A DNA stretch of 63,366 bases, counting the filler, from Ministeria vibrans ATCC 50519 (taxonomy: Eukaryota; Protista; Filasterea): NCBI GenBank assembly GCA_943704425.1. It is 5 parts of 5 records of this genome, joined end to end, with 100 filler letters (N's around TTAATTAATTAA, not from the genome) between each part and the next. Parts side by side here need not be neighbours in the genome. Positions count along the whole stretch, not along the records: positions 15,164 to 44,689 come from CALSCP010001236.1; 4 more parts are not named here. The stretch is one strand, 5' to 3'. Shown one piece after another: positions 24,301 through 36,400 of this stretch. Numbering within the stretch: the first letter of the stretch is position 1; each line of letters opens with the position of its first letter. The notes beneath the pieces were generated by a model, which did not search any database, was not told the origin of the DNA, and saw only the letters and a program-made list of their open reading frames with translations. Position numbers and translations under genes: made by a program.

Positions 24301-25630
24301 TCGGCCAGTTCCGTCGAATTGGTTGTGAACCAAAACGGCCAGAACGTGCCCGTGTCCGGCTCGGATGTTGCCAGTGCGATGTACGACGGCAACGGCCTGG
24401 CTGACTTTAACGTTATCACATCAGGTCTGGTAACGGACGTCACAACTGCCCCGCAGACGTCGGGACAGGGAAGTGGCTCGGGCGGCATGTCCATCATGCC
24501 CATTGCGGGGGCAGCCGCCGCCATTGCCATTTTGGCCATTATTGTCGCTGTGATCTTCTGGAGAAAGAAGAAGAGTGCCGAGGAGATCCACAAGATTAAC
24601 CAGGGTATTGCCCAGAAGCGCATGAGTGTCTGGGAAGGTAATTCGCAAAGAACAACAATAATCGGTGCAGATAAACGAACGCTGATGGGGGTGTATATGT
24701 CACTTGTCTAGGAATGGTGGAAGATGCTCTGGCGTTGGCACCGCATCACATGTCGTCGCGCGAGTCGGGTGCGGACGAAATGATCTTTATGGGAGACGAA
24801 TCGGACGGCGTGAGTGGCTCCACCGCCGTGAGCAATCCGGCTTTCATGGGCGACCTTTCAGGCATGGATGACGATGACGATGACGACCTGATGGTCATGG
24901 ACTCGGCCCTTGGATTACCGCGCCGTCAGTCGCGCATAATGAACAACGTGGAGCGGCGTGCGCGTGCCGCGTCGCCCGTTGAGTCGAACAACCCCTCCTT
25001 TGAGATCAGCCAGTACGCCGAACCGCACGGCCACCTCGACGACAACATCTACGGTAACGCAGTGGAGTCGTCGGAGACATACGAGAATGTTGCCAACCAC
25101 ATGTATGGTAACAACGAGACAATGGCAAATGAAGAGGCTTCGATGTACGCGGATGTGCCGCCTGCCCTTGATGGAGCAATTGTGGACATCCCCGACGACG
25201 AATTGCTGATTGACGACGACGGAGAGGAGGAGCGCATGGGCGACCTGCGCTCCGAGGCCCGTCAGCTGTACAGCATGGAGCAGACACTCCGCTCGCACTC
25301 ACAGGCTGAGGAAGATGAGGTTCGCGACTCGGCTGCAGAGCAACTCGCGGAGGTCAAACAAAAGAAGGTAAACACTGAAATGAGCCCATTCTTTGTCTCA
25401 TGACGCTGCTATTTTTTTGTTCAGGTACATCTTGTACGTCGAATGTCTTCTCTGAAGCGCATTGAATTGGGCACGTATGTTGGGCCAACGGTAAGAAGCT
25501 AAAAGAGAGCGTTGGTCGATTGAAAGGTGGCACTGATCCGTTTTGCTTTCCTGTGTACCTGTAGATAAAGGAGTCTCAGACGGATGTCGAGCAAAATGAG
25601 TATGAAGAGATTTTCAACGATCTGCTGTGA
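18345..25630 (+). CDS. Single-pass receptor: 27 EGF modules (6 with inserted ~110-aa domains), Cys-rich juxtamembrane segment, TM, Tyr-rich tail; 7 exons
   Basis: Exons 18345-18698, 18778-19239, 19308-20825, 20888-24637, 24712-25367, 25425-25490, 25565-25630 in frame. Signal peptide; DIDEC..PC.NG.TC repeats; TM IAGAAAAIAILAIIVAVIFW followed by RKKK. Confidence 0.88.
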
Positions 25631-25755
25631 GAAATGAAGAGAAATTGTTTATTATTATTTTATTTATAATAATAATTATTATTAATAATAATTTATTTTA
25701 TGATCATTAATATTACTCGTCGAGTCCGGAGTCGTCGTAAGATTTAATATTATCA

Positions 25756-25791
<36 letters not shown>

Positions 25792-25860
25792 TTTATTCAT
25801 TAAAATAATTTAATTAATCAGTTTTATTATTTTGCTTCCTTTCCGTATTAATTTCCTTCA

Positions 25861-26945
25861 ATGAGTTGTGAGCACTTGCGATCTCTTGGTCAGCTTTCGC
25901 TCACTTACTTCCAGCCTACGCATTGTCTCACCTATCTCTCTCCCTTTCAGGCTGCCCCTACATTCGACACCAAGAGCCGTCGTCAGACCTGCCCTGTTGC
26001 CTGTTTGGCCCATCTGCGACGCGCATCAAATTTCTCCACTGGCTCTTGACGAAAATTCTACCCAACCACGCCAAGGAAATTCCCTCGCACGCAGCAGACA
26101 CACAGATGCTTCATCGGACCTTTGTCCAGCTTGGCGTTTGTGACGACGAGGCTGGCATTTGCGAGGGGAGCGCATCGCGGAGTACTCTTGTGACCTTTGT
26201 GGACAATTGCGTGCAGCTCGCGTTGACAGCGCAGCGAGTGCGACAGCACACGCCTGCTGGGCTTGACACGCACGTTTCATGTGCCATGGCTGTGTTGCAA
26301 CGCGTGTGTCGACACGGCAGGGTGCTCTTCCCAACGCAAGCCAGTGACCTGTTCGCGGCGGGTGACGCGCCACACAAGTCGCCAGCCAAGACTACACCGA
26401 ACGATCTCGCCTCACAACAACTACGCTTACAGGAGATGGAACGCGACGCACAGACGCGTGTGGCTCTTTTGCGAGAACAGCAGCGTGAAGGTGAACACGC
26501 AAGCGCACTGGAATCGGGAGACATTGAAGAAACGTTGGCCACTGCGGAGTGGCTTTGTGAGACTCTCCGTGTGTACCAGCGCACCGTCATCGCCCTCTCC
26601 GAGGTGTACAGTCACGACTATCATGCACTTGTGCAAGGCTCGCCCGCTCCTTCGTTGTCCCTGCCTCACGCACAGATTGGCACCGTGTCACATCGGATTG
26701 TCCCCAAACTAGAATCGTTGCATGCACTCACGGAGGCACTCGAGTCGCTCGCACAACAAGCGCAACAACAAGCACAACGACAACAACAACAACAACACCA
26801 ACAACAACAGCAACAACATGATCGTGTGTCTAAAACCGCAAGTTGCCCTGATGAGCAGACACTGGTGCTACTCGCACAGCTCACAGAGCGCACACGCATC
26901 CTTGAGCAGTCTCTGGTGCGTCGTTGCAAGAGTCAACCCGTATGA
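25861..26945 (+). CDS. HAUS7: HAUS augmin subunit 7-like coiled-coil protein; exons 25861-25888, 25951-26945
   Basis: N-terminus LRSLGCPY...LFGPSATRIKFLHWLL resembles the HAUS7/AUG7 N-terminus; coiled-coil and poly-Q C-terminus. Confidence 0.55.
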
Positions 26946-27377
26946 TTTTCGAGGATGGTTGGAAAATCAATCTATGTACATTGTATTTATTGTGTGTGTG
27001 TACGTAAAACAAACCGGAAGAAAGGGAACCTTTTTCTGTCTTTCAAAGAATTTTTTGCTTCAGTTAAAGTGTTAGACTAAAATGGCATTGTGACAGACTT
27101 TGTAGTCTTAAGAAGTAGTAGAACCTAGATAGTCTTATTTACGAGTCTTTAAGACTGATTTTCTAATTATTGCTGAACGTAAACGCTGAAAGCTTGATTA
27201 AGTATCATGTGACCAGACACTGTGAACTGTGAAGTGTGACCTGAGTCACCTGACATTTTCAAGCCTACCCGCCACTCTGATTGAACTCAGACAGATATTT
27301 GACCATTACCCCAATTTTGATTTGGAAATTTCGGTTATTATTATTATTATTTTTTTCTTTTTTTAAATTTATTGATC

Positions 27378-28019
27378 ATGGGAAGTGTCTTCGGCAAAAT
27401 TGACGTTGAAGTGCCACGATACGAAGTGGTTCGCAGCTACGACGGCTGGGAGATCCGCGAATACCCCGCTGCGGTTGGCGCCTCGTACACGTACGTGCCC
27501 AAGACGTCAGACAGCGCCCAATCTGGCGGCGAAGGCTTCCGGCCGCTTGCGCGTTACATCGGTGCCTTCCCTGGGGCTAAGGCGGAGAACATGACGAGAA
27601 GCGGCGAGAGCGAGAAGCCCGCGGCGATCTCCATGACGGCACCCGTGATGACATCGACGGAGAAAGTCAAACCGCAAGCGATCTCGATGACAGCACCCGT
27701 TGTCACCGAGAAGGCCGCACGCTCCGAGACAATGACCTTCATCCTGCCATCCAGCATCACCATTGAGACTGCGCCCACTCCGACAAATGCGGACATTCGC
27801 ATTCACGAAATCGCTCCTCGCCGATTGGCCGTCCTCGAGTTTAGCGGTTCCGCAACGAGTGCGCTCGTCGCCGAACGCACCGACGCACTATTAACCGGCA
27901 TCAAATCTCAAGGTCTGACTCCTGTGGAAAGCGCCGTTGTACAGCTTGCGCAATTCAATCCGCCCTGGACAATTTCCCGTTACCGAACTAATCACGTCTC
28001 AATCGAGCTGGAAAAATGA
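27378..28019 (+). CDS. SOUL heme-binding family protein
   Basis: MGSVFGK..EVPRYEVV, WEIREYP, GFRPLARYI, ISMTAPV (twice), MTFILPS, FNPPWT..RTNHV; intronless. Confidence 0.92.
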   Translation: MGSVFGKIDVEVPRYEVVRSYDGWEIREYPAAVGASYTYVPKTSDSAQSGGEGFRPLARYIGAFPGAKAENMTRSGESEKPAAISMTAPVMTSTEKVKPQAISMTAPVVTEKAARSETMTFILPSSITIETAPTPTNADIRIHEIAPRRLAVLEFSGSATSALVAERTDALLTGIKSQGLTPVESAVVQLAQFNPPWTISRYRTNHVSIELEK

Positions 28020-28404
28020 GATCGCATTTTCCCCAAACAAAAACACTTTCTTGTCATCGTAAACATCTATATAAAATACGTAATACACTTTTGAAGTATT
28101 TGACTACTCACTACAGTCTACAATAGTAAATCACTTATGACTTATCACACCGACGTCACACCGACTTAAGAAGATTATACCTTGTGAAGAAAGCACATCC
28201 TTGAGTCATGATCCGTCAGACCGATTCGCCCCGAGTTTACGCGTTCGACAGCTGTTACAGCTTGACGAGTGAGCTTTTTAGAGCCTCCACTGATGGTGTG
28301 GCGTACCAATGCGATTGCCTCACTGGACAGCGACTGTACTTTTGCTTTTGTTGTTGATCTGGTGGGTGACTATTATTTTAAAGAACGATCAGTCGGATTT
28401 ATAT

Positions 28405-28526
28405 TCAATCACAAACAAAAAGCAAAGAGTTCAGGGGTCAAGACTCAAGACCTTTTAAAGGAGCATCGAAAGGTAGAGGAGGCAGGTTGGCTGATGGGCA
28501 GACAAGTGACGCGATAGGCACCAGAT
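28405..28526. repeat. Dispersed ~120-bp element, copy 2
   Basis: Same orientation as, and similar to, 3735-3855. Confidence 0.8.
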
Positions 28527-29234
28527 AAAAACGCTCTGCCAGCGCAACAATCATAATTTTTAGTAGTAATAATTATTATGATATTTCATATCTTGTCATT
28601 ATAGTGAGTCAGAATAAACTGGAAAGTCGAAACATCAAACATTACTATTATTATTCACATGAGTCTTGAGAGAGATATCTGGGAAGAAACCCTTCCTGCT
28701 CACATTTAGGAGATTTTGATCTCAAGCGATCCTTTTAATGACTGGTCATTGCTTAATGCTTGCCCTCATAATTATGTGATATGGCATATGACCTATTTAA
28801 CCTAATATTTAATTGCAACTGAGTGACGATTAACAAAAGTGACTGTTCACTGTAAAAACGAAGCTATCGCGAAACGAATAAACAATCAAAAAATAATAGT
28901 AACGAAAATCATAATTCATAACAATTATTTTTGCTGAGCAGTTTTCGAGTTAAACTTGTGGGTACGTACAGTTCACGCCCTCGAAGAGATTCACCCAAAG
29001 TCAATTCTGCGACAAAGAACAAATAAGATTTTGTGTTGTGGTTTGCGGCCACAACAGAAAAAAAAAAAAAAAAGAGGACTCCTCACTCGACATTCGCTGT
29101 TTCGCTTGATCCCACGCGCTGCTGTCCACGGCATCAGCGACAGCTGCACGTCTGCTCGCGCCTTGTTCCACCGGCTTACTAACTGGCATTGTGTGTTTGT
29201 CTTACTGTTGGTGACAGCGCTCTCTCTCTCTCTC

Positions 29235-30439
29235 ATGCGTCTCTTGCCGTTTGTCCTGGCGATCTGCGTCCTGTCGACCGTCCCCGCCAGTGCGCAGGTC
29301 GAGGACAACCAATGGACCGTCAAGCTGGGCTCCATCCCCCACACCTGCGCTGGCGAAGGAACGACCGCCAATGGGTAAGCAGCAGAGAGCACGCGAGAGT
29401 GCGTGGGAGTGCAATGTTTGGCGACGCGAGGAAGCACAGAGAGAGAAAAAAAAAGAAGAAAAAACCAAAGCTCCGGACGCATTTCCACTGTACCGCCTGC
29501 CGTCCTGTCCACTGCCGCGCAACCAACGGCAACGCGTCAGCTCTCGACGACCCAAGCGAATCCGTGCCGCTCCCCGGGCCTCTTCCGCTCTTCCGGCGGT
29601 TTGTCCCAGTCAAAGCGTCGCTCTGCATTTTTTTTTTTTTTTTTTTTTTTTGGATGCGTTTGCGCTCGTCAGGTCGAGACCACCAATCCACCATCATGGG
29701 GGAGGGGCGTCTCCCTCTGGACTGCAGCGGCGGGTTGACTTTATCAGTCCTTGCGTTGCCCTAGCGTCTGTCGTCTGGACGTGCAATCCTGAGAGAAAAA
29801 AAGAAAAGGAAAACCACAACAATGTGTTTATGGCGAACCTCTCCCCACCAAACCAAAGCACCGCTGCAAACGCCAGCTTTTCCCTGTTGTTGTCTACTCT
29901 ACTTTATTTCTATGTGAGCCGTTGCGCTTCGTTTGAGAGCCTTTTTTGCTTCGAGTGTGTGTTTAGTTTCACTGGCTAAACGTTTGACGACTCATATCTC
30001 ACTTTTTTCTCTTTCCGCCTCTCTTCTTTCAGGTTGTTCTGCAAGAAGACGTTACACCAGCAAGTGTCCAATACAGATCAGGTCTTTTGGACTGTAAGCC
30101 GATGAGATGCACAAGCAAATAGCGACACTGTATAATCTTGATACCCTCCCAGACACCCCTGGTGGCTTTGGCAAGCCCGGACGCTCCGAACTTCTCGCCT
30201 ACGTGCTTTCCCGATGTTGGCTGCTTTGGTCCATACCCCTACCAAATCACTACAGGTAACCACGATGGGGTTAGTGTTGTTGTTGTATCAATGTTCCAAC
30301 TCTTTCGCTACTTTGTTGTCTACTCTCTCTCATGTCTTCTCTCACTTCTATCACTTTGTTTCTTTCTTCTCTCTCTACCACCTTGTTTCTTTCTCTTCTC
30401 TCTATCACTTTGCTTCTTTCTTCTCTCTCTATCACTTTT

Positions 30440-30491
<52 letters not shown>

Positions 30492-33400
30492 CTCTCTCTT
30501 TCTATCACCTGACACTCCCCCTGTATTACTTTACTTTGTCAGCTCCCACTGAGGGCATGGGTTATTCCCTCACTTTCTCTACGGGTCCTCTGGGGACTGG
30601 AGACGCGTCGAATCTTGTCATTACACAGGTAATAGTCACAAAAATATATTACAATACTGTAACATCTTGTAGGGCGCCACGTCGACTGTGCACATCATGA
30701 TTAAATTCCGAATGGAAACAGTTGGTGTGACCAATTGTGCAACTGTCAATGCCTCGGTGGCCACCGCGTTGGCCGCGCCGACGTCTTCTTGGGCGGGCGA
30801 TTACAACGACGGCACCGCCCTCACCTTGGTTGAGCCTTCCGCATCGACCATTGATGCCTACCAGGCGAGCAATGCTGGCATCACAAAGTACACCACACCC
30901 GCGGGCAACTGTGGGTATTCGGCGAACGTCGTGGCGAAAATCACGGGCTCAGTCACCTTGTCAAACCTTCTCATCGGCGCTCCTTTTGACACACTCTTTG
31001 ACACGTCCGTGATTTACGACTACTTCTACAAGTTTACCAATGCCGAGCTGGGCAACAACTTGTTTGACAGCTCCGTCACCATCTTCTGGCCGCCCGGCGA
31101 AACACCAGGCAGTATCTCCTGGTCGGCTCCGCCGGTGTACCCGGTCCCAGCCTACTTCAACCTGCAGCTCGCCAGTCTGCCCTACACCGGCTCCTGTCCC
31201 AGCGGTGGCACCCTCTCGAGCAGCGGCTACGTTTGCAAGCGACAGGATGGTCGCGACGTGTTTCAGTTGGCCACTCGCATCGCGTGGGAGGGAGAGTACT
31301 CATGCACCGGCGACGTCTGTAGCGGCTCCATGGCCGTGGCCACCACACTACTTCAGGGTGTTGGATTTGAAGCAAACTTTGCCAACAGCAACACTGCCCT
31401 GCAAGTGATCCCCGCGACAAGCGCAACCCCGTGGAATCTTTATCTGCGAATTTTGCTGAGCTCGACCGTGTCATGTGCCGCCTCGCCTGCCTATACCTTG
31501 CCCGCCAGCTCGGCGACTTTGACCCTGACCACAGCCGAGAAGGGCGTGCTCACAAACGTGACGCCTCTCGATACCATCGTTGCACAGCCCGTGTCCGTCT
31601 CGCAGAGTAACCCGGGTGTTGTCTGGGGCGTCTCGCCCGTCAGTGGCTCGAACTGTATCCTCTCCATCGAGCTTACCATTCCCATGGTGGGCCCGGCTAC
31701 GCTCACCAACGTTGAGTTTCGTGCGCCACTCGCGACGTCGCCGTTCTTTGGCCTCTCAGACCCCACTCCCTTCACCTGGACCATGGCCAACCGTGGCATC
31801 TCCTTCCTCGTCGACTCCACCAATACAACTGGTGCGTCGGCGATGACCGTCGACGTGATACCATACCAGCCTCTCGCACGTCTGGGTGGCCGTCCCTCCT
31901 TCACCAAGGGCCAACTCGAGTTGTACGACACCACCACAAGTTCGTATGCCACTGCCTGTATCACCGACCTTACCGTGAGCGATGCCATTGTCGCGTGCCG
32001 CACCATGGGTCTGCCCAGCGCTTCGGCCACCATCAAGAGCTTTGGTGAGGTTCCCAACCTGGGAGCACCCAAGTTTGGCTCGCTCAACTGCGCCGGCAAC
32101 GAAGCCACTATTGCCGATTGCTCCTACGCAAGCGGTAGCGCGTCGGCTAACTGCCTTTCGGCGGGTATCGTTTGCCTGGCGGCCCCTGCCGGGACGACCC
32201 AGGGCGACTTGAGCCTCATTGGTGGCACTACGTCGCGTAACGGCCGACTAGGACTCTGGTACGACGACGAGTGGTCGTCGGTGTGTGCGGAAAATTTCAA
32301 CGATGCTGATGGCATCGTTGCCTGTCGTCAACTCGGCTACACGTCCGTTGAGCAGACTGTCATCACCACCGTGTACACAGGGGGGCAACTGAACACACCC
32401 CCGTCGCTCAATCCTATTGTGCTGCAGGGCATGGACTGTAGCTCAACTCCCTCCGCCGCGACCCTTTTGGGCTGCAATCATGGCACGCTCGGCCAATCGG
32501 GCACCTGCGTGAAGCCTTGGGATGCGATGCTCCAGTGCAACCTGCCGCCCTCCAACGACCCCGTTGTTACTACACTTCTGTCGGAGCAAACCTTTGGCGT
32601 CATCGAGGCACGCATCGACGACCCCAACGCCGCCAACTTGGTCGTGGGATTTATCTGCACGTCGGGCTTCGACAGCAACGCTGCCAAGGTGGTGTGTCGT
32701 GAACATGGCTTACCAACCACTCACGCGCGTTCCGTCAGCTCCTCGGGCACCTTTCCGCTTGGGGTCAACGGAACGATTATCATGAGCAACATTGTGTGCA
32801 CCGGTGTCGAAGATGCTCTCACCGAATGTACCTACAGTCAGTCAGCGGGCACCTGTGTGGGCGAGGCCGACTATGCCGCTGTCGTGTGTACCGACATTCC
32901 TGTGCAGCCTCTTACCGGCACCGAGGCTGACTACTCGCTGCGCTTGGTTGATGGTGTCGCCGGTGTCAGCGGTAGCCTTCAAATGATCGTCTCGGGCACG
33001 TGGGGCCCAGTCTGCGCCCAATTTTGGACACAAGAGCCCACCAAGTTTTCCAATCCCACCGTCGCCTGTCGTCAACTTGGCCTTGGCACCTCGAACGCCG
33101 CTACCATCAACGGATATGGCTCGGCCGCTGCACCCGTCATGGGCGACATTCAATGCGCGGGCACGGAGGCGAGTCTTTTCGCGTGTGATCACCAGCTGCC
33201 GGGTGTCTGCCAGGTGTGGGAGCAGGTTGCGGTCACGTGCGGCGGTTCGACCGTCGCTGCCCTTCCGCCCGCTCCCACCGTCAGTCAGATTCCTTGCAAT
33301 TCACCCTGTGGCGATATTATTCTGGGTGGTGAGGGCGCCACCGCCACGAGCGGGCGCATTCAACCCTTCTACGAGGGTCAAATGGGCACGGTGTGCGCTG

Positions 33401-36400
33401 ACGGCTTTGACATCGAAGATGCCATTGTGGCCTGTCGCCAGCTTGGTATTCCCACCGACTCACCCTCATTTGAATTGGCCGAACCTACCTTTGGTGTGCT
33501 GAACAGCACCATTCCCATTTGGATGGCTGATCTGAGTTGCACCGGAAGCGAGGCTCGTCTGCAGGACTGTCCCTTCTTCGAATGGGGCGTCAACTCGTGT
33601 GCGCACACCGAAGACATTGCCATCTCCTGTGTGTCGCCGTCTACCGCCTCGTATCCGTTTGCTACGGGCGAAACTGGCTCCGTGCGACTTGTGGGAGGTC
33701 CCGATCACACCGAAGGGCGGGTGGAAATCCTCGTGAACAACGTATGGGGCACCGCCTGCAGCCAGGGTTGGCTCTTTGGCGCCCCCGCACCCCAGGTGCT
33801 CTGTCGTCAGCTGGGTCTCAACTGGACGGACGCCATTGGCATTGAGGGCACCTATGCCAACGGCACGGGTCCCATTCAAATGTCGAACACCATGTGTCTC
33901 GGCACCGAATTGACCATTCTCGATTGTCCCCACGACACCGACCCAAAGGCGTGCGAACATCTTCTTGACGTTGGCGTTCAGTGTCGCGGCTCCGACGTGG
34001 CACCCGAGCCTATTCTCACGTACATCCCTCAGGCGTGCTCGCCCATGTCGTCCGCACCGTCGCTGGTTGCGACGCCCAATGAACCCGACGGCACCTTCCG
34101 TCTGGTGGGCTGTACCGAAACCTTTGAGGGAAACCTCGAAATGTCGTACAATGGCACGTGGGGCTCGGTGTGCGACGACGTCGGCTTTGGCATCAACGAC
34201 GGCCGAGCGAACGCGCGTGTGATTTGCAACGCGATGGGACTGCCAAGTAGCGAGGCTATTGCTCTCTCGCTCGCACCATTTCCCTCGCCCTACTTGGTCA
34301 CGCCCGACTTTGTGTTGGATGACGTGGAGTGCTGGGGCAATGAGAACGACGTCATCACGGAGTGTCGTCACTTCCCGCTTGGCTCGTCCGATTGCGCAAG
34401 CAACGAAGTGGTGGGCCTTATGTGCCTCGGCGTCGTCGAGAGCTTTGGTGCCTACGTCGCTCCTTCGTCGCGCGTTCCCGTCGAGAGTACGCTCGCGCCC
34501 ATTGAGACAATTCCGGCAGGGACGCTTCGTTTGGCCGGCGGCGCAAACCCGTCCGAGGGCTACCTCGAGATCCTCCAGGGAGGCTTTTGGGGAACCGTGT
34601 GTGACGACGGCTGGTTTGACGCCAGCGACAACTCCACCAACCCCATCAATGCGCGTGTGGCCTGCTTCCAAATGGGTCTCCCGTCGACCGATGCAACCAT
34701 ATTCACAGCGCAAACGGTGCCCAACTCGGCACAAGAGTTTGGACCGCAGCCCAACACGGCCATCTATCTGGCCAACGTTCAGTGTAACGGCGCTGAGTTT
34801 TCCCTGCTGCAGTGCCAGCACACCAACGGCGATAGCTGCACGCATGAAGAGGACGTGGCACTGCGATGTGGCGGTGAGCTGGAGCCGTCGATTCGTGCGC
34901 CTCTCGTCACCACACCTGGTCCGCTGCAGTCGACCGTCGAGGCGAACCCAACCTTACCAGCGGGCACTGTGCGACTGGTAAATGGCCCGTCGCCTAACAC
35001 CGGCACAGTCGAGGTGGTTCACAACGGACAGTGGGGCACTGTGTGCGGTGACTACGGTTCGCAGGAGAATGCCATCAAGATTGCGCAGGTTATTTGTGAC
35101 CAATTGGGCTTGCCGGCGACACAGGCGCGGATGTTGCAGCCTAACCCGTATCCACCGGTGCAGGACTACCTGCCCATCTGGATCGACGATGCCGTCTGCA
35201 ACGGATTTGAAGCGTCCATCAGCGACTGTCAGCATGCGCCCTTTGGTGTACACGATTGCATCCACGTGGAGGATGCGGCTGTGGAGTGTCTCGGCGAGGT
35301 GTTTCCGTCGGACCGCATGCCGCCGACAACGCAGGCAGCCGAAACGACCTTCTTCGCGCCCGTCGTCACTTTTGGTGTACCAGGCACGCTTCGTCTGGTG
35401 GACGGAGGTCACCCGAGCGAGGGAATTCTCGAGGTGTTCCTGAACAATACCTGGGGCACCGTCTGCGACGATGGTTGGGGTCCTACTCAGGGCGGCTTCT
35501 CGTCGGGCGTCAACGCTGAAATTGTCTGTCACCAGCTTGGCTTTGGTGCCACGGACGCCATGTGGGGCTCGTCGGCGTTGTTTGGAGAGGGTGTGGCTGC
35601 TTCGCTGCTGCTGCCTATCAACCTTCAGGGTGCTGCATGCAACGGTGCCGAGAACGAGCTGATCGAGTGTGCGCCGCTGAACAGTGTGTGTTCGCACTCT
35701 GAAGATGTCGCTGTCAAGTGTGGCGGCGCGGCACTCGCGTCGTTCCGCGAGCCCATTACGACGCAGATTGCGCCTGAGATGACCTCAGTGAAACCCTGTG
35801 TGAACCCCGGCAACAACGGCAATGCTCGCTTGGTGGGCGGCGCCGTTGGCTCCGAGGGTCTCCTTGAGGTGTATTACTGTGGCGAATGGGGCTCGGTGTG
35901 CGACGACGGCTTTAGCAACGAGAACGCCGAAGTTATTTGCAATCAGCTTGGCTTCACCGACTATGTTGCGACCTGGTCGGGCAGTGCTTCGTTTGGTCAG
36001 AGCTCGGGGCCCATCGTGCTGGACGATGTCACTTGTTCGGGACACGAGGCGTCCCTCCTGCAGTGTGTCCACTCGCCCGTGTTCACCACGGACTGCAGTC
36101 ACTCCGAGGATGTCTCCATTGTGTGTACCGTGCCCACGACTCACTTGGGCGCGGCCGAGACCTCAGCAGCGGTCGCGAGCAGCATTCCCGGCACGAGTGG
36201 CTTTCCCGTGCCGAGCGGCACCGAATTTGCCGTGGTCGACTTCCACTTGAACAACTACGCGCCGCAGCAAACGGTGGTGCGTGTGGGTACCCTGGTCACC
36301 TGGGTGAACACCGACTCAACTCTGTCGGGCATTAGCCATCAGATCTTTGAGAATACGGGTTTGTTCACGTCGAAGGTGTTTGCTCCCGGCGAGACGTGGT

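Noticed and set aside
18345-25630. Possible Notch, Delta or Crumbs orthologue
   Set aside because: No LNR, ankyrin, DSL or laminin-G domains visible; EGF similarity alone is not diagnostic.
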